From an uncultured Planctomycetota bacterium (GTDB taxonomy: Bacteria; Planctomycetota; JAJSAM01; JAKLKS01): DNA of 64,000 bases. The DNA is taken from NCBI GenBank assembly GCA_964370855.1, contig CAYJMF010000004.1, positions 25,258-89,257 on the forward strand, written 5' to 3'. The position numbers were made by a program, and so were the translations under genes. Below are positions 19,689 to 30,084 of the stretch, piece after piece. The first letter of the stretch is position 1. Every line of letters starts with the position of its first letter. The notes under the pieces were generated by a model. It saw only the letters and a program-made list of their open reading frames with translations. It ran no database searches and was not told where the DNA came from.

Positions 19689-20873
19689 ATGCTCGAGTCC
19701 GCGTTCCGTGGCGGGAGGCGGTACTGGACGCTCCTCGGCTGCTGGGGGGCGCTGGTCCTGATCGGCCTCGCCGCCTACGCCCGGCAGCTCGACCAGGGCC
19801 TCGCCGTGACCGGGCTGAGCCGGGAGGTGACCTGGGGGCTCTACGTCGCCCAGTTCACCTTCCTCGTGGGCGTCGCGGCCTCCGCGGTCATGGTCGTCCT
19901 GCCGTACTACCTCCACGACTACAGGGCCTTCGGGAAGATGGTCATCGTCGGCGAGTGCCTGGCCGTCTCCGCCGTCCTCATGTGCATGACCTTCATCTTC
20001 GTGGACATGGGGCGTCCCGACCGGGTGCTGAACGTGCTCCTGCACCCGAGCCCGCGCTCCCCCATGTTCTGGGACATGCTCGCGCTGGCCGGGTACCTCG
20101 GCCTCAACCTCGTGATCGGGGCCGTGACCCTCGACGCGGAGAGGAAGGGCGCCCCTCCCCCGGGATGGGTGAAGCCGCTGATCTACCTCTCGATCCCGTG
20201 GGCCGTCGCGATCCACACCGTCACGGCGTTCCTCTACTCGGGCCTGGAGGCCCGGCCGTTCTGGATGACGGCGGTCCTCGCCCCGCGGTTCCTCGCCTCG
20301 GCCTTCGCCTCGGGCCCCAGCCTCCTGATCCTCGTGGCGCTGGTCCTCAGGCGCTTCGCCGGGTTCGACGCCGGGCGGGAGGCGATCCGGAGGCTGGCCG
20401 TGATCGTCGCCTACGCCGCCGCGATCAACATCTTCCTCGTGCTGGTCGAGCTCTTCACCGCCCTCTACTCCGGGATCCCCGAGCACGCGGAGACGTTCCG
20501 CTACATGTTCGCCGGCCTGGAGGGGCACCGGGGGCTCGTCCCCTTCATGTGGACCGGGGCGATCCTCTCGGCCGTCTGCGCGGTCGCCCTGCTGTTCCCC
20601 CGGGTGCGCGAACGGGACGGGCTCCTGGCCGCCGCGGCCGCGGGGGTGATCGTCGCCGTCTGGATCGAGAAGGGGATCGGGCTGATCGTGGCCGGTTTCG
20701 TGCCGTCACCCCTCGGCGAAGTCGTCCCCTACTCCCCGACCCTCACGGAATTCGCCGTCACCGCGGGGGTCTACGGGACGGGGCTGCTGCTCCTCACGCT
20801 GCTGAGCCGGATCGTGGTGGTGGTGCGGACGGGCCCGGGGGAAGCCTGGGAAGAGGCCGGGGGAACCCGGTGA
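19689..20873 (+). CDS. dsrP: DsrP (NrfD/PsrC-like integral membrane subunit)
   Basis: 394 aa polytopic membrane protein following dsrO. Confidence 0.85.
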   Translation: MLESAFRGGRRYWTLLGCWGALVLIGLAAYARQLDQGLAVTGLSREVTWGLYVAQFTFLVGVAASAVMVVLPYYLHDYRAFGKMVIVGECLAVSAVLMCMTFIFVDMGRPDRVLNVLLHPSPRSPMFWDMLALAGYLGLNLVIGAVTLDAERKGAPPPGWVKPLIYLSIPWAVAIHTVTAFLYSGLEARPFWMTAVLAPRFLASAFASGPSLLILVALVLRRFAGFDAGREAIRRLAVIVAYAAAINIFLVLVELFTALYSGIPEHAETFRYMFAGLEGHRGLVPFMWTGAILSAVCAVALLFPRVRERDGLLAAAAAGVIVAVWIEKGIGLIVAGFVPSPLGEVVPYSPTLTEFAVTAGVYGTGLLLLTLLSRIVVVVRTGPGEAWEEAGGTR

Positions 20874-20905
20874 ACGGAAAGGAAACGGTTCGAAAGGAGG
20901 CTTAC

Positions 20906-22135
20906 ATGGCGGACGCGAAGGGGAAGGGGACACCCCTCCTCGACGAGCTGGAGAAGGGACCCTGGCCGAGCTTCGTCACGCAGATCAGGAAGATGTCGGA
21001 GACGAAGGAGGAATGCGGGCAGCTCCTCGATCTCCTGGAGCGCTCCTACGGGGAGAGGGTCGGGCACTGGAAGCACGGGGGAATCGTCGGCGTCATGGGC
21101 TACGGCGGCGGCGTCATCGGCCGGTACAACGACCTGCCCGCGGACTACCCGAAGATCGCCCACTTCCACACCATCCGCGTGAACCAGCCGTCGGGATGGT
21201 TCTACACGGCGGAGGCTCTCCGGAAGATCTGCGACATCTGGGAGCGGCACGGCTCCGGACTCACGAACATGCACGGCTCCACGGGCGACATCATCCTGCT
21301 CGGGACGAGGACCGAGGAGCTGGAGCCCATCTTCAAGGAGCTCACCGACGCCGGTTTCGATCTCGGCGGATCCGGCTCCGACCTCAGGACCCCGAGCTGC
21401 TGCGTGGGCCCCGGGCGGTGCGAGTGGGCCTGCTACGACACCCTGGACCTGACCAACGACCTCACCCACCACTTCCAGGACGAGCTCCACCGGCCCGCGT
21501 TCCCGTACAAGTTCAAGATCAAGTGCGCGGGCTGCCCCAACGACTGCGTCGCCTCCATCGCCCGGGCCGACATGTCCATCATCGGCACGTGGCGCGACTC
21601 CATCAAGATCGACCAGGCGGAGGTGCAGGCGGCCGCGGCGAAGGGCCTGGACGTGCAGAAGGACGTCTGCGACCGCTGCCCGACCCGGTGCATGGCGTGG
21701 GACGGGAAGTCGCTCCGGATCGACGACGCCAACTGCGTGAAGTGCATGCACTGCATCAACGCCATGCCGAAGGCGCTCGCCCCCGGGGACGATCGGGGGG
21801 CGATGATCCTCCTCGGCGCCAAGGCTCCCATCGTGCAGGGGGCGCAGCTCTCCTCCGTGCTTGTCCCCTTCGTGAAGTTCGAGCCCCCCTACGACGAGCT
21901 GAAGGACCTCATCGAGCGCATCTGGGAGTTCTGGGGGGAGCACGGCAAGAACCGCGAGCGCGTGGGGGAACTCATGCAGCGCGTGGGACTGGGCAACTTC
22001 ATCGAGGCCATCGGGCTCGAGCCGCGCCCCGAGATGGTCGCGTACCCGAGGGACAACCCCTACGTCTTCTACGAGGAGTTCTTCGAGGAGGACGACGGGG
22101 ACGAGGACGCCGGGAAGGAAGGGGAAGGGAAATGA
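20906..22135 (+). CDS. dsrA: dissimilatory sulfite reductase alpha subunit
   Basis: Shine-Dalgarno AAAGGAGG upstream. Sirohaem/[4Fe-4S] Cys motifs (CxxxxxC..C..C). ~409 aa. Confidence 0.95.
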   Translation: MADAKGKGTPLLDELEKGPWPSFVTQIRKMSETKEECGQLLDLLERSYGERVGHWKHGGIVGVMGYGGGVIGRYNDLPADYPKIAHFHTIRVNQPSGWFYTAEALRKICDIWERHGSGLTNMHGSTGDIILLGTRTEELEPIFKELTDAGFDLGGSGSDLRTPSCCVGPGRCEWACYDTLDLTNDLTHHFQDELHRPAFPYKFKIKCAGCPNDCVASIARADMSIIGTWRDSIKIDQAEVQAAAAKGLDVQKDVCDRCPTRCMAWDGKSLRIDDANCVKCMHCINAMPKALAPGDDRGAMILLGAKAPIVQGAQLSSVLVPFVKFEPPYDELKDLIERIWEFWGEHGKNRERVGELMQRVGLGNFIEAIGLEPRPEMVAYPRDNPYVFYEEFFEEDDGDEDAGKEGEGK

Positions 22136-23214
22136 GCACCGCCACCAAGCGCACCACGGACATCGGGCCGCCCGACTTCAGGAAGTTCCTGCCGCCGATC
22201 GTCAAGGCGAACTACGGGAAGTGGAAGTACCACGAGATCCTCAAGCCCGGGGTGATGGTCCACGTCGGCCCCACCGGCGATCGGCTCTACACGGTCAGGG
22301 CGGCCTCGTCCCGGCTCCTCGGCATCTCCCGGATCCGCGACTTCGCGGACCTCGCCGAGAAGCACTGCGACGGCTACCTGCGGTTCACGAGCCGCAACAA
22401 CGTCGAGTTCCTCCTGACGGAGGAGAGGAACATCGATCCGCTCATCGCCGACCTGCGGGCCATCGGCCACCCGGTGGGGGGGATCGGGAACGCCATCTCG
22501 AACATCGTGCACACCCAGGGCTGGGTCCACTGCCACTCGGCGGCGACGGACGCCTCCGGGGTCGTGAAGTGCGTGATGGACGACCTGTGCGGGTACTTCA
22601 CCGGGCGGACGCTCCCCGGGAAGCTCCGCATCGCGCTCGCGTGCTGCCTCAACATGTGCGGGGCCGTCCACTGCTCCGACATCGCCATCCTCGGGATCCA
22701 CAGGCGGCCTCCCAGGGTCCAGAAGGGGCTGGGCAAGACGTGCGAGGTGCCCAACGTCGTCGCCTCCTGCCCGACCGGGGCCATCCGGCCGGCGTCGGTC
22801 GACGGCCAGCCGTCGGTCGAGATCGACGAGGAGAACTGCATGTACTGCGCCAACTGCTTCTCCGTCTGCCCGGCGCTCCCGATGGCCGATGCCATGAACG
22901 ACGGCATCTCGATCTGGGTCGGCGGGAAGGTCTCCAACGCGCGTTCGGAGCCGGCGTTCTCCAAGCTGGCCATCCCCTTCATCCCCAACAACCCCCCGCG
23001 GTGGCCCGAGGTGACGTCCGCCGTCCGCAACATCGTGGAGGTCTGGGCGAAGGACGCGCGCAGGTACGAGCGCATGGGGGAGTTCATCCAGCGCATCGGG
23101 TGGCCCCGGTTCTTCGAACTGACGGGAATCGAGTTCACCAAGCAGCACATCGACGACTTCAGGTACGCGGGCCTCAGCTTCAAGCGGTCCGCGCAGGTCC
23201 GGCAGAAGGCGTAG
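22132..23214 (+). CDS. dsrB: dissimilatory sulfite reductase beta subunit
   Basis: 360 aa. The start overlaps the dsrA stop. Ferredoxin-like Cys cluster. Confidence 0.95.
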   Translation: MSTATKRTTDIGPPDFRKFLPPIVKANYGKWKYHEILKPGVMVHVGPTGDRLYTVRAASSRLLGISRIRDFADLAEKHCDGYLRFTSRNNVEFLLTEERNIDPLIADLRAIGHPVGGIGNAISNIVHTQGWVHCHSAATDASGVVKCVMDDLCGYFTGRTLPGKLRIALACCLNMCGAVHCSDIAILGIHRRPPRVQKGLGKTCEVPNVVASCPTGAIRPASVDGQPSVEIDEENCMYCANCFSVCPALPMADAMNDGISIWVGGKVSNARSEPAFSKLAIPFIPNNPPRWPEVTSAVRNIVEVWAKDARRYERMGEFIQRIGWPRFFELTGIEFTKQHIDDFRYAGLSFKRSAQVRQKA

Positions 23215-23224
23215 GAGGCCAGGA

Positions 23225-23485
23225 ATGACTCCCACCGTGGAGGAGGTCGCGGACGCGATGTACGCCCTGGTGAAGGAGTACCAGGGGAGGAAGAAGTTCA
23301 AGGCCCTGGACCTGACCAAGGCCATGGTCCAGAAGTTCGGGGAGACCGACTGCGACAAGCAGAAGACCAAGGCGGCCATCCGCATCCTCATGGACTCCGG
23401 AAGGTGCGTCTACACCTACTTCGGGGGGAGCTTCATCGAGGTCCCCCACGTGGAGGGCGCGGCGGGCGGTTCGAACAACCCGTGA
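23225..23485 (+). CDS. dsrD: DsrD (small winged-helix protein, marker of reductive Dsr)
   Basis: 86 aa, Lys-rich helical protein 10 nt after dsrB. Confidence 0.85.
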   Translation: MTPTVEEVADAMYALVKEYQGRKKFKALDLTKAMVQKFGETDCDKQKTKAAIRILMDSGRCVYTYFGGSFIEVPHVEGAAGGSNNP

Positions 23486-23493
23486 CTCCGATC

Positions 23494-23517
23494 CCCCGGG
23501 GCCGCGAGGCCCCGGGG
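23494..23517 (+). terminator. perfect GC hairpin (10-bp arms, gcga loop) after dsrD: putative terminator/attenuator
   Basis: ccccggggcc-gcga-ggccccgggg. Confidence 0.4.
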
Positions 23518-23555
23518 ACCACCGGGCGGGATGCACCCAACCCTGCGAGGCAGCC

Positions 23556-25232
23556 ATGAAGGTCGTGAAGAAGAAGTCCTTCGGTACCCGGAGCTTCTCC
23601 GGTGGCGGCGGCGGCCGGGAGCAGTCCCCCCTGCGGCCGAGGCAGGTCGAGAAGAAGCCCCCGTGCCGGGACACCTGCCCCAGCGGAAACCGGATCCGGG
23701 AGTTCCTGACGGTCATCGCGCAGGCGGAACGGCTGCAGAAGCCCCCGGACGAGGCGTGGCGGGAGGCCTGGGCCATCTACACGGACACGAGCCCCTTCCC
23801 CGCGGTCTGCGGCCGGGTCTGCCCGGCGCCCTGCGAGACGCAGTGCAACCGCAGGGATCTCGACGGGGCCGTCTCCATCAACAAGGTGGAGCGGGCCATC
23901 GGGGACTACGGGATCGAGCACCGCCTTCCGCTCCTCAGGCTGACGGAGGAGCGGCGGCCCGAGCGCGTCGCCGTCGTCGGCGGCGGGCCGAGCGGCCTCT
24001 CCTGCGCCTACCAGCTCGCCCGCAGGGGCTACGGGGTGACGGTTTTCGAGGCGGCGGAGAAGGCCGGGGGGATGCTCCGGTACGGGATCCCCGGGTACCG
24101 CCTCCCCGACGCGATCCTCGATGCCGAGATCGCGAGGATCCTCGACCTCGGCGTGGAGCTGCGCTGCGGGACGAAGATCGGGACGGGCATCTCCCTCGAC
24201 GAGCTCGCGAGGACCCATGACGCGGTCTACGTCGCGCTGGGGGCCCAGCAGGGGATCCGGCTCGGCCTGGAGGGCGAGAACGCCGCCAACGTGTTCTCCG
24301 GGGTGGACTTCCTCAACCGGTTCCGCCACGGCGAGCGCCTCGACCTCGGCGAGGACGTCGTCGCCATCGTGGTCGGAGGGGGCGACACGGCCATCGACGC
24401 GGCCCGCATCTGCCGGCGCCTCCGGGCCAACGTGACCATCCTCTACCGCCGCACCCTCCAGGAGATGCCCGCCATCAAGGAGGAGGTGGAGGAGGCGATC
24501 CGGGAGGGCATCAGGGTGGAGTTCCTCGCCGCTCCCGTCGGCTTCCGGAGGGAGGGGGACCGCGTGACGGCCCTGAGGGCCGTCCGCATGTCCCTGGGCG
24601 AGCCCGACGCCTCGGGCCGCCGCCGCCCCGTCCCCATCGAGGGTTCGGAATTCGAGATCCCGGCCACCGCCGTCATCTCCGCCGTGAGCCAGGCGCCGGA
24701 CTTCACCGGCTTCGAGGCCCTCGTCGAGGGGAAGGACTGGGTGAAGGTGGACGGGGAGGGCGCCACGAAGGCGGGGAAGGTCTGGGCGGGGGGGGACGTG
24801 GTCCGGCTCGCCCTCGTCACCGACGCCGTCGGCCAGGGCCGCCGCGCGGCGGAGGCCATGGACCGGGGCTTCCGGGGCACTCCCGTCGCGGCCGAGGCCG
24901 GGCGGGTGATCCGCTCCGGGAGCATGCTCCTCGACCACTATCCCAGGGCGCCCCGGCAGGAGCCGGCGACCCTGGACCTCGAGAGCCGGATGGACTCCGT
25001 CGACAGGGAGGTCAACCTCGGCCTGAGCCGCGCCCAGGCCGTCGAGGAGTCGCGGCGCTGCATGAGCTGCGGCCGGTGCATGGACTGCGAGAAGTGCTGG
25101 ATGTACTGCCAGGCGCAGGGGATCGAGAAGCCGGCGACGAAGGGACAGGTCTACACCATCAAGACCGCCCTCTGCACGGGGTGCAGGAAGTGCGCCGAGA
25201 TCTGCCCCTGCGGGTTCCTCGAGATGGCGTGA
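23556..25232 (+). CDS. dsrL: DsrL-like NAD(P)H:acceptor oxidoreductase (GltD family, C-terminal ferredoxin domain)
   Basis: Two Rossmann motifs (VAVVGGGPSG, VAIVVGGGDTAID). N-terminal Cys cluster and C-terminal 2x[4Fe-4S] ferredoxin. Confidence 0.7.
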   Translation: MKVVKKKSFGTRSFSGGGGGREQSPLRPRQVEKKPPCRDTCPSGNRIREFLTVIAQAERLQKPPDEAWREAWAIYTDTSPFPAVCGRVCPAPCETQCNRRDLDGAVSINKVERAIGDYGIEHRLPLLRLTEERRPERVAVVGGGPSGLSCAYQLARRGYGVTVFEAAEKAGGMLRYGIPGYRLPDAILDAEIARILDLGVELRCGTKIGTGISLDELARTHDAVYVALGAQQGIRLGLEGENAANVFSGVDFLNRFRHGERLDLGEDVVAIVVGGGDTAIDAARICRRLRANVTILYRRTLQEMPAIKEEVEEAIREGIRVEFLAAPVGFRREGDRVTALRAVRMSLGEPDASGRRRPVPIEGSEFEIPATAVISAVSQAPDFTGFEALVEGKDWVKVDGEGATKAGKVWAGGDVVRLALVTDAVGQGRRAAEAMDRGFRGTPVAAEAGRVIRSGSMLLDHYPRAPRQEPATLDLESRMDSVDREVNLGLSRAQAVEESRRCMSCGRCMDCEKCWMYCQAQGIEKPATKGQVYTIKTALCTGCRKCAEICPCGFLEMA

Positions 25233-25236
25233 GCCC

Positions 25237-26679
25237 ATGAACATCCCGAGAATCCTGATCGCCGGGTTGCGCGGAGGCGGCGGCAAGACGCTCGTGGCCG
25301 TGGGGATCCAGGCGGCGTGGAGGAGGCGGGGGCTGGTCGTGGCCCCCTTCAAGAAGGGGCCCGATTTCATCGACACCGCGTGGTCCGCCGCCTCCGCGGG
25401 GCGGCCCTGCCGGAACCTGGACCTGTTCCTCTCCTCCCCGGAGAGGCTGGCGGCGTCCTTCGCCTCCGCGTGCGCGGGGGCGGAGGTCGCGGTCATCGAG
25501 GGGAACCGGGGGCTCTTCGACGGTGTGGACGCGCAGGGCTCCTGCAGCACGGCCGAGCTGGCGAAGCTCCTCCGGTGCCCCGTCATCCTCGTCGCGGACT
25601 GCGCCATGGCGACGCGGACCGTCGCGGCCATGGTCCTCGGATGCCGGGCACTCGACCCGTCGGTCCCGCTCCGCGGCGTGATCCTGAACCGCCTGGCCGG
25701 GGCCCGCCACGAGGCGGTCGTCCGGGCCGCCGTCGAGGAGGCCACCGGCCTCCCCGTGGTCGGGGCGATCCCCCGCCTGCCGACGGACATCCTCCCCGAG
25801 AGGCACATGGGGCTGGTCCCCCCCCCGGAGCGCGTCGGTCGGGAGGAGGCCATCCGGGAGGCGGGGGAGGCGGCCTCGCGGTTCCTCGATCTCGCGGCCA
25901 TCGAGGCGCTCGCGTGGACGGCACCGCCCTTCGACCCCCCCGTGCCCGCCTCCCGCAACCCGGGGACGGCGGGCCCCGGGCGCGTCCGCATCGGGGTCTT
26001 CCGCGACGCGGCCTTCCAGTTCTACTACCCGGAGAACCTCGATGCGCTGGTCCGGGAGGGGGCGACCCTGGTCGAGATCTCCCCGCTCGCGGATCGGTGC
26101 CTGCCCGAGGTGGATGCCGTGTACGCCGGGGGCGGATTCCCGGAGACCCATGCCGCGGGCCTGGCGGACAACGCCCCCTTCCGGGACTCGGTGCGCCGGG
26201 CGGCGGAGGGGGGGATGCCCGTCTACGCGGAGTGCGGCGGGGCGGTGTTCCTCGGCGAGACGCTGGACTACGGCGGAAGGGAGTACCCCATGGCCGGGGT
26301 CCTGCCCGTGGCCTTCGGATTCCAGGAGAGGCCCAGGGGGCACGGATACTCCCTCCTGGAGACGGTGGCGGAGAACCCGTTCTTCGCGGTCGGGGAGAAG
26401 CTGCGGGGCCACGAGTTCCACCACTCGTTCCCGCGGTCCGCATCGCGCGGGAACCTGGCCTTCGCCTTCCGGGTCGATCGCGGGACCGGGTTCGACGGCC
26501 GCAGCGACGGCCTCCTCGTCCGGAACGTCCTCGCCTGCTACACGCATCTCCACGCCCTCTCGGCCGAGGGGTGGGCGCCCGCGGTCGTGGCGGCGGCGAG
26601 GCGGTTCCGCGCCGGCGCCGCATCCGGCGCGGCCATGGCGGCCGCCGATCCGGTCCTCGCCGGGAGGGCCGGCCGATGA
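25237..26679 (+). CDS. dsrN: DsrN (cobyrinic acid a,c-diamide synthase-like sirohaem amidase)
   Basis: 480 aa CobB/CbiA-family protein. P-loop GLRGGGGKT. C-terminal glutamine amidotransferase region. Confidence 0.8.
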   Translation: MNIPRILIAGLRGGGGKTLVAVGIQAAWRRRGLVVAPFKKGPDFIDTAWSAASAGRPCRNLDLFLSSPERLAASFASACAGAEVAVIEGNRGLFDGVDAQGSCSTAELAKLLRCPVILVADCAMATRTVAAMVLGCRALDPSVPLRGVILNRLAGARHEAVVRAAVEEATGLPVVGAIPRLPTDILPERHMGLVPPPERVGREEAIREAGEAASRFLDLAAIEALAWTAPPFDPPVPASRNPGTAGPGRVRIGVFRDAAFQFYYPENLDALVREGATLVEISPLADRCLPEVDAVYAGGGFPETHAAGLADNAPFRDSVRRAAEGGMPVYAECGGAVFLGETLDYGGREYPMAGVLPVAFGFQERPRGHGYSLLETVAENPFFAVGEKLRGHEFHHSFPRSASRGNLAFAFRVDRGTGFDGRSDGLLVRNVLACYTHLHALSAEGWAPAVVAAARRFRAGAASGAAMAAADPVLAGRAGR

Positions 26680-27524
26680 GGTTCCTCCCCCTCGGGATCG
26701 ACCTGTTCAACAGGCCCTGCGTCGTCGTCGGCGGCGGCGTCGTGGGGACCCGCAAGGCGTTGACCCTCCTCCGGGCCGGGGCGGCGGTGACGGTGGTCTC
26801 CCCGGACGCGTCCCCGGATCTCCTCCGCGAGGTCGTCGCCGGCCGCGTCCTGTGGGTGAGGGAACGGTTCCGGAAGGAGCACCTCGAGGGGGCGTTCCTG
26901 GTGGTCATGGCCACCGACGACGGGGACCTCAACGAACGCGGGGGCCGGCTCGCCGCCGAGCGGCGGATCCTCTCCTGCGTGACCTCCGCCGCGGTCGATT
27001 CCCAGGTGATCTTCGGGGCCCTCCTGGACCACGGCGGCGCGACCGTGGCGACCTTCACCGACGGCAGGGATCCGGCCCTGGCGAAGAGGACCCGCGACGG
27101 GATCGCGGCCCTGCTCTCCCCCGGCGATGCGCCGGGGTCCGGGTCCGGCGCGCCCTGCGGCACGGTCCTCGTCCTGGTCGCCCACGGCAGCCGGAACCGT
27201 GGCTGGAGCGCCCCCCTGGAGGAGATGGTCCGGTCGATCCCCGGAGGAACGGGAACCGCGAGGGTGCGCCTGGCGTACTCCCAGTTCGCGCAGCCCACGC
27301 TGGAGCAGATCGTGGAGGAGGAGGTCCGCGCGGGCCGACGCCGGTTCCGGGTCCTCCCCCTCTTCATGACCGACGAAGGGCACGTGGAACGCGACATCCG
27401 TCCCGTGGTCGAGGGCCTGCGGGCCGCCCGCGGGTACATCGAGCTGGAGCTGCTGCCGGCGGTGGGCCGCCACCCGTCCTTCCGGGACCTGCTCGCCGGA
27501 ATCGCGAGGGAGGCGGCGAAATGA
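26676..27524 (+). CDS. bifunctional precorrin-2 dehydrogenase (SirC-like) / sirohydrochlorin chelatase (CbiX-like)
   Basis: N-terminal Rossmann VVVGGGVVGTRK as in CysG-N/SirC. C-terminal VLVLVAHGSRN as in CbiX. Confidence 0.65.
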   Translation: MRFLPLGIDLFNRPCVVVGGGVVGTRKALTLLRAGAAVTVVSPDASPDLLREVVAGRVLWVRERFRKEHLEGAFLVVMATDDGDLNERGGRLAAERRILSCVTSAAVDSQVIFGALLDHGGATVATFTDGRDPALAKRTRDGIAALLSPGDAPGSGSGAPCGTVLVLVAHGSRNRGWSAPLEEMVRSIPGGTGTARVRLAYSQFAQPTLEQIVEEEVRAGRRRFRVLPLFMTDEGHVERDIRPVVEGLRAARGYIELELLPAVGRHPSFRDLLAGIAREAAK

Positions 27525-29164
27525 GGACCGCGCGCCCGGAACCGGGAATCGTCTACCTGGTGGGAGCCGGCCCCGGCGACCCGGGACTCCTCACGCTGCG
27601 GGCCGCGGAGTGCCTGGCGAAGGCCGATCTCGTCCTGCACGACTACCTCGCCAACCCCGCGCTCCTCGAACGCGTCCGCCCCTCCGCGGAGATCGTCCGC
27701 CTCGGGCACCACTCCGACGGGAGGAGCCTCGAGCCCGACGGGATCACCGCACGGATGGTCGCGGAGGCCCTCGAGGGGAGGACCGTGGTGCGCCTCAAGG
27801 GCGGGGACCCCTCGATCTTCGGCCGCGGCGGCGACGAGGCGGACGCCCTGCGCGCCGCCGGGATCCCCTTCGAGATCGTCCCGGGGATCACCTCCGGGCT
27901 GTCCGTCGCCGCGTACGCGGAGATCCCCCTCACGCACCACGAGGACGCACCGGCGGTCGCCCTCGTGACGGCCCGGGAGCGGACCGCGAAGGGGGAACCC
28001 AACCAGGACTACGCGGCCCTGGCCTCCTTCCCGGGGACCCTCGTGTTCTACATGGGGGTCAAGGAGGTCGGGGACTGGAGCGGAGCCCTCATGGAGCACG
28101 GGAAGCCCCCGGAGACGCCGGTGGCCGTCGTGCGGTGGGCCACCCGCGCCCGGCAGCAGACCGTGCGGTGCACGCTCGGGACCGTCGCCCGGATCGTCGA
28201 GGAGCGGGGGCTCCGCCCCCCCTCCCTCTTCGTCGTGGGGAGGGTCGTCGCCCGCGCCCCCCGGCTCTCCTGGTTCGAGTCCCGCCCGCTCTTCGGCACG
28301 ACGGTCCTGGTGGCGGGTTCGGCCCCGACGTCCGGGAGGCTCCGGAAACAGCTGTCGGATCGGGGCGCCGAGGTCGTCGTCCAGGAGGCCATCCGCGTCA
28401 CCGGCCCGCCGGACCCGGCGGCCATGGACGCGGCCCTGGACGGGATCCGCCGCTACGACGGGCTGGTGTTCTCCAGCCCCAACGGCGTGGAGTCCATGAT
28501 GCGCAGGCTCTTCGAGCGCGGGGGTGACGTGCGGGGCCTGGCGGGGGTGAGGCTGATCGCGCTCGGCGCCGGGACCGCGGAGGCCCTCGTCCGCCACCAC
28601 CTCCGGCCCGATCTCGTCCCGGAGCGCATCGGGGCGGGGTCCCTCGCCCGCATCCTCGTCCTGGAGGGGGTGGAGCGGAGGTTCCTCCTGGCGAGGGCGA
28701 GCGACGACAGGTCCGTCCTGGCGAGGAAGCTGAGGGCCGCAGGGGCCGTCGTGGACGAGGTCGCGGTCTACGCGACCCGGAACGCGGACGAACCCGACCC
28801 CTTCCTGCTCCGGGCCCTGTCCGAGGGCGAGATCCACTGGGCCGCCGTCACGAGCGCCACCACCGCCCGCTCCCTGGTCCGCCTCTACGGCGACGCCCTC
28901 GCGACGGTCCGGATGGCGAGCATCAGCACGCTGACCTCCGACGCCCTGCGGGAACTGGGCCACCCTCCGGCGGCGGAGGCGGTGCCGCACACGATCCCGG
29001 GGCTCGTCGACGCCATCACGACGGCCGTGGGTGCCCTGGACCCGGAGGAGTCCGCGGTGGCCGCGAAGAGGCTCGAACTGGGCGACACGCGGTGCCGCGG
29101 TCCGGGAGAAAGGGCCTTCGAGGGCGGGACCGGATCCCCGGCCGGGATCCGGCGCGAGGGATGA
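27521..29164 (+). CDS. cobA-hemD: bifunctional uroporphyrinogen-III C-methyltransferase / uroporphyrinogen-III synthase
   Basis: N-terminal SUMT motif VYLVGAGPGDPGLLTL. The C-terminal ~250 aa are HemD-like. Confidence 0.8.
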   Translation: MRTARPEPGIVYLVGAGPGDPGLLTLRAAECLAKADLVLHDYLANPALLERVRPSAEIVRLGHHSDGRSLEPDGITARMVAEALEGRTVVRLKGGDPSIFGRGGDEADALRAAGIPFEIVPGITSGLSVAAYAEIPLTHHEDAPAVALVTARERTAKGEPNQDYAALASFPGTLVFYMGVKEVGDWSGALMEHGKPPETPVAVVRWATRARQQTVRCTLGTVARIVEERGLRPPSLFVVGRVVARAPRLSWFESRPLFGTTVLVAGSAPTSGRLRKQLSDRGAEVVVQEAIRVTGPPDPAAMDAALDGIRRYDGLVFSSPNGVESMMRRLFERGGDVRGLAGVRLIALGAGTAEALVRHHLRPDLVPERIGAGSLARILVLEGVERRFLLARASDDRSVLARKLRAAGAVVDEVAVYATRNADEPDPFLLRALSEGEIHWAAVTSATTARSLVRLYGDALATVRMASISTLTSDALRELGHPPAAEAVPHTIPGLVDAITTAVGALDPEESAVAAKRLELGDTRCRGPGERAFEGGTGSPAGIRREG

Positions 29165-29183
29165 CGATGCCGCGTCCGGCCCC

Positions 29184-29999
29184 TCAGGCGCCCGCACCCT
29201 GCAGCATCACGCGGGTCCCGTAGCGCACCTCCCGCACCCCCTCGACGGCGCGGGCCCCGGCGACGACGAGGTCGACCAGCCGCGGGTCGTCGAGCTTCCC
29301 CTCGACTTCGACACGGTCGCCCGACGCCCGGACCTCGACCTCGGCATGGGCCGTCCCCGGGTTCGCCGCGAGGGCGGCGCGCACGCGGCTCTCGAGAAGG
29401 AGATCCGCGAAGGCCCTCCGGCTCTCCTCGTCGGGCTGGAACCGGGGCCGGGAGATCGCCGCCGAGACCGCCGCACAGGCCCCCTCGATGTCGACGTGCT
29501 CCAGGTTGATCACGAGGTCGTAGAGCGACGGGTCGTGCCAGTCCACGCCGTAGAGGAACCGGGTCCACTTCACCCTCTCCCGGTCGACGCGCTCGACGTG
29601 GCGTTCGGCTCCCGCGCGGTCCAGGCCCCTTCGACGCATGACCTGCTCGACGCGGTACCCGACGGGCGCGATCAGGCGCACACGCATGACGTGCCGGACG
29701 CCCCGCAGCAGCAGGTGCCCGGCGTGCCCGTGGTAGACGACCCGGTCGTCGCGCACCCTCTCGCAGAGCGCCTCGCGGACGAAGGCGAGGTAGAGGATGC
29801 GGTCGTGGAGGAAGCGGTCCCAGAGGCCGGGTCCCTCCTCCATGACGCGGGCGAGCTCGGTCTCGGAGACGCCGTAGCGGGCGGCCGCGTCGGTGATCAC
29901 TTCGCGGCCGTAGACCCGGTAGCCGAGCATGGCCCCGAGGCGATTCGCCATCTCCTCGCCGCCGCTGAAGGTCCCACGGGAGATCGTGATGATGGCCAT
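29184..29999 (-). CDS. cytidylate-kinase-like P-loop protein with C-terminal BON-like domain (paralogue of 52309..53142)
   Basis: Starts MAIITISRG.. (ATG at 29999-29997). CMP-kinase-like family fold. C-terminus resembles a BON domain. Confidence 0.6.
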   Translation of the reverse strand: MAIITISRGTFSGGEEMANRLGAMLGYRVYGREVITDAAARYGVSETELARVMEEGPGLWDRFLHDRILYLAFVREALCERVRDDRVVYHGHAGHLLLRGVRHVMRVRLIAPVGYRVEQVMRRRGLDRAGAERHVERVDRERVKWTRFLYGVDWHDPSLYDLVINLEHVDIEGACAAVSAAISRPRFQPDEESRRAFADLLLESRVRAALAANPGTAHAEVEVRASGDRVEVEGKLDDPRLVDLVVAGARAVEGVREVRYGTRVMLQGAGA

Positions 30000-30084
30000 C
30001 AATCGCCTCCTCCGCCCGCGCCGGGAAGCTCCCGCTTGACGCCCGGACGACAAGGGGGGATCATACTCCCGGTCGACCGGCGAG

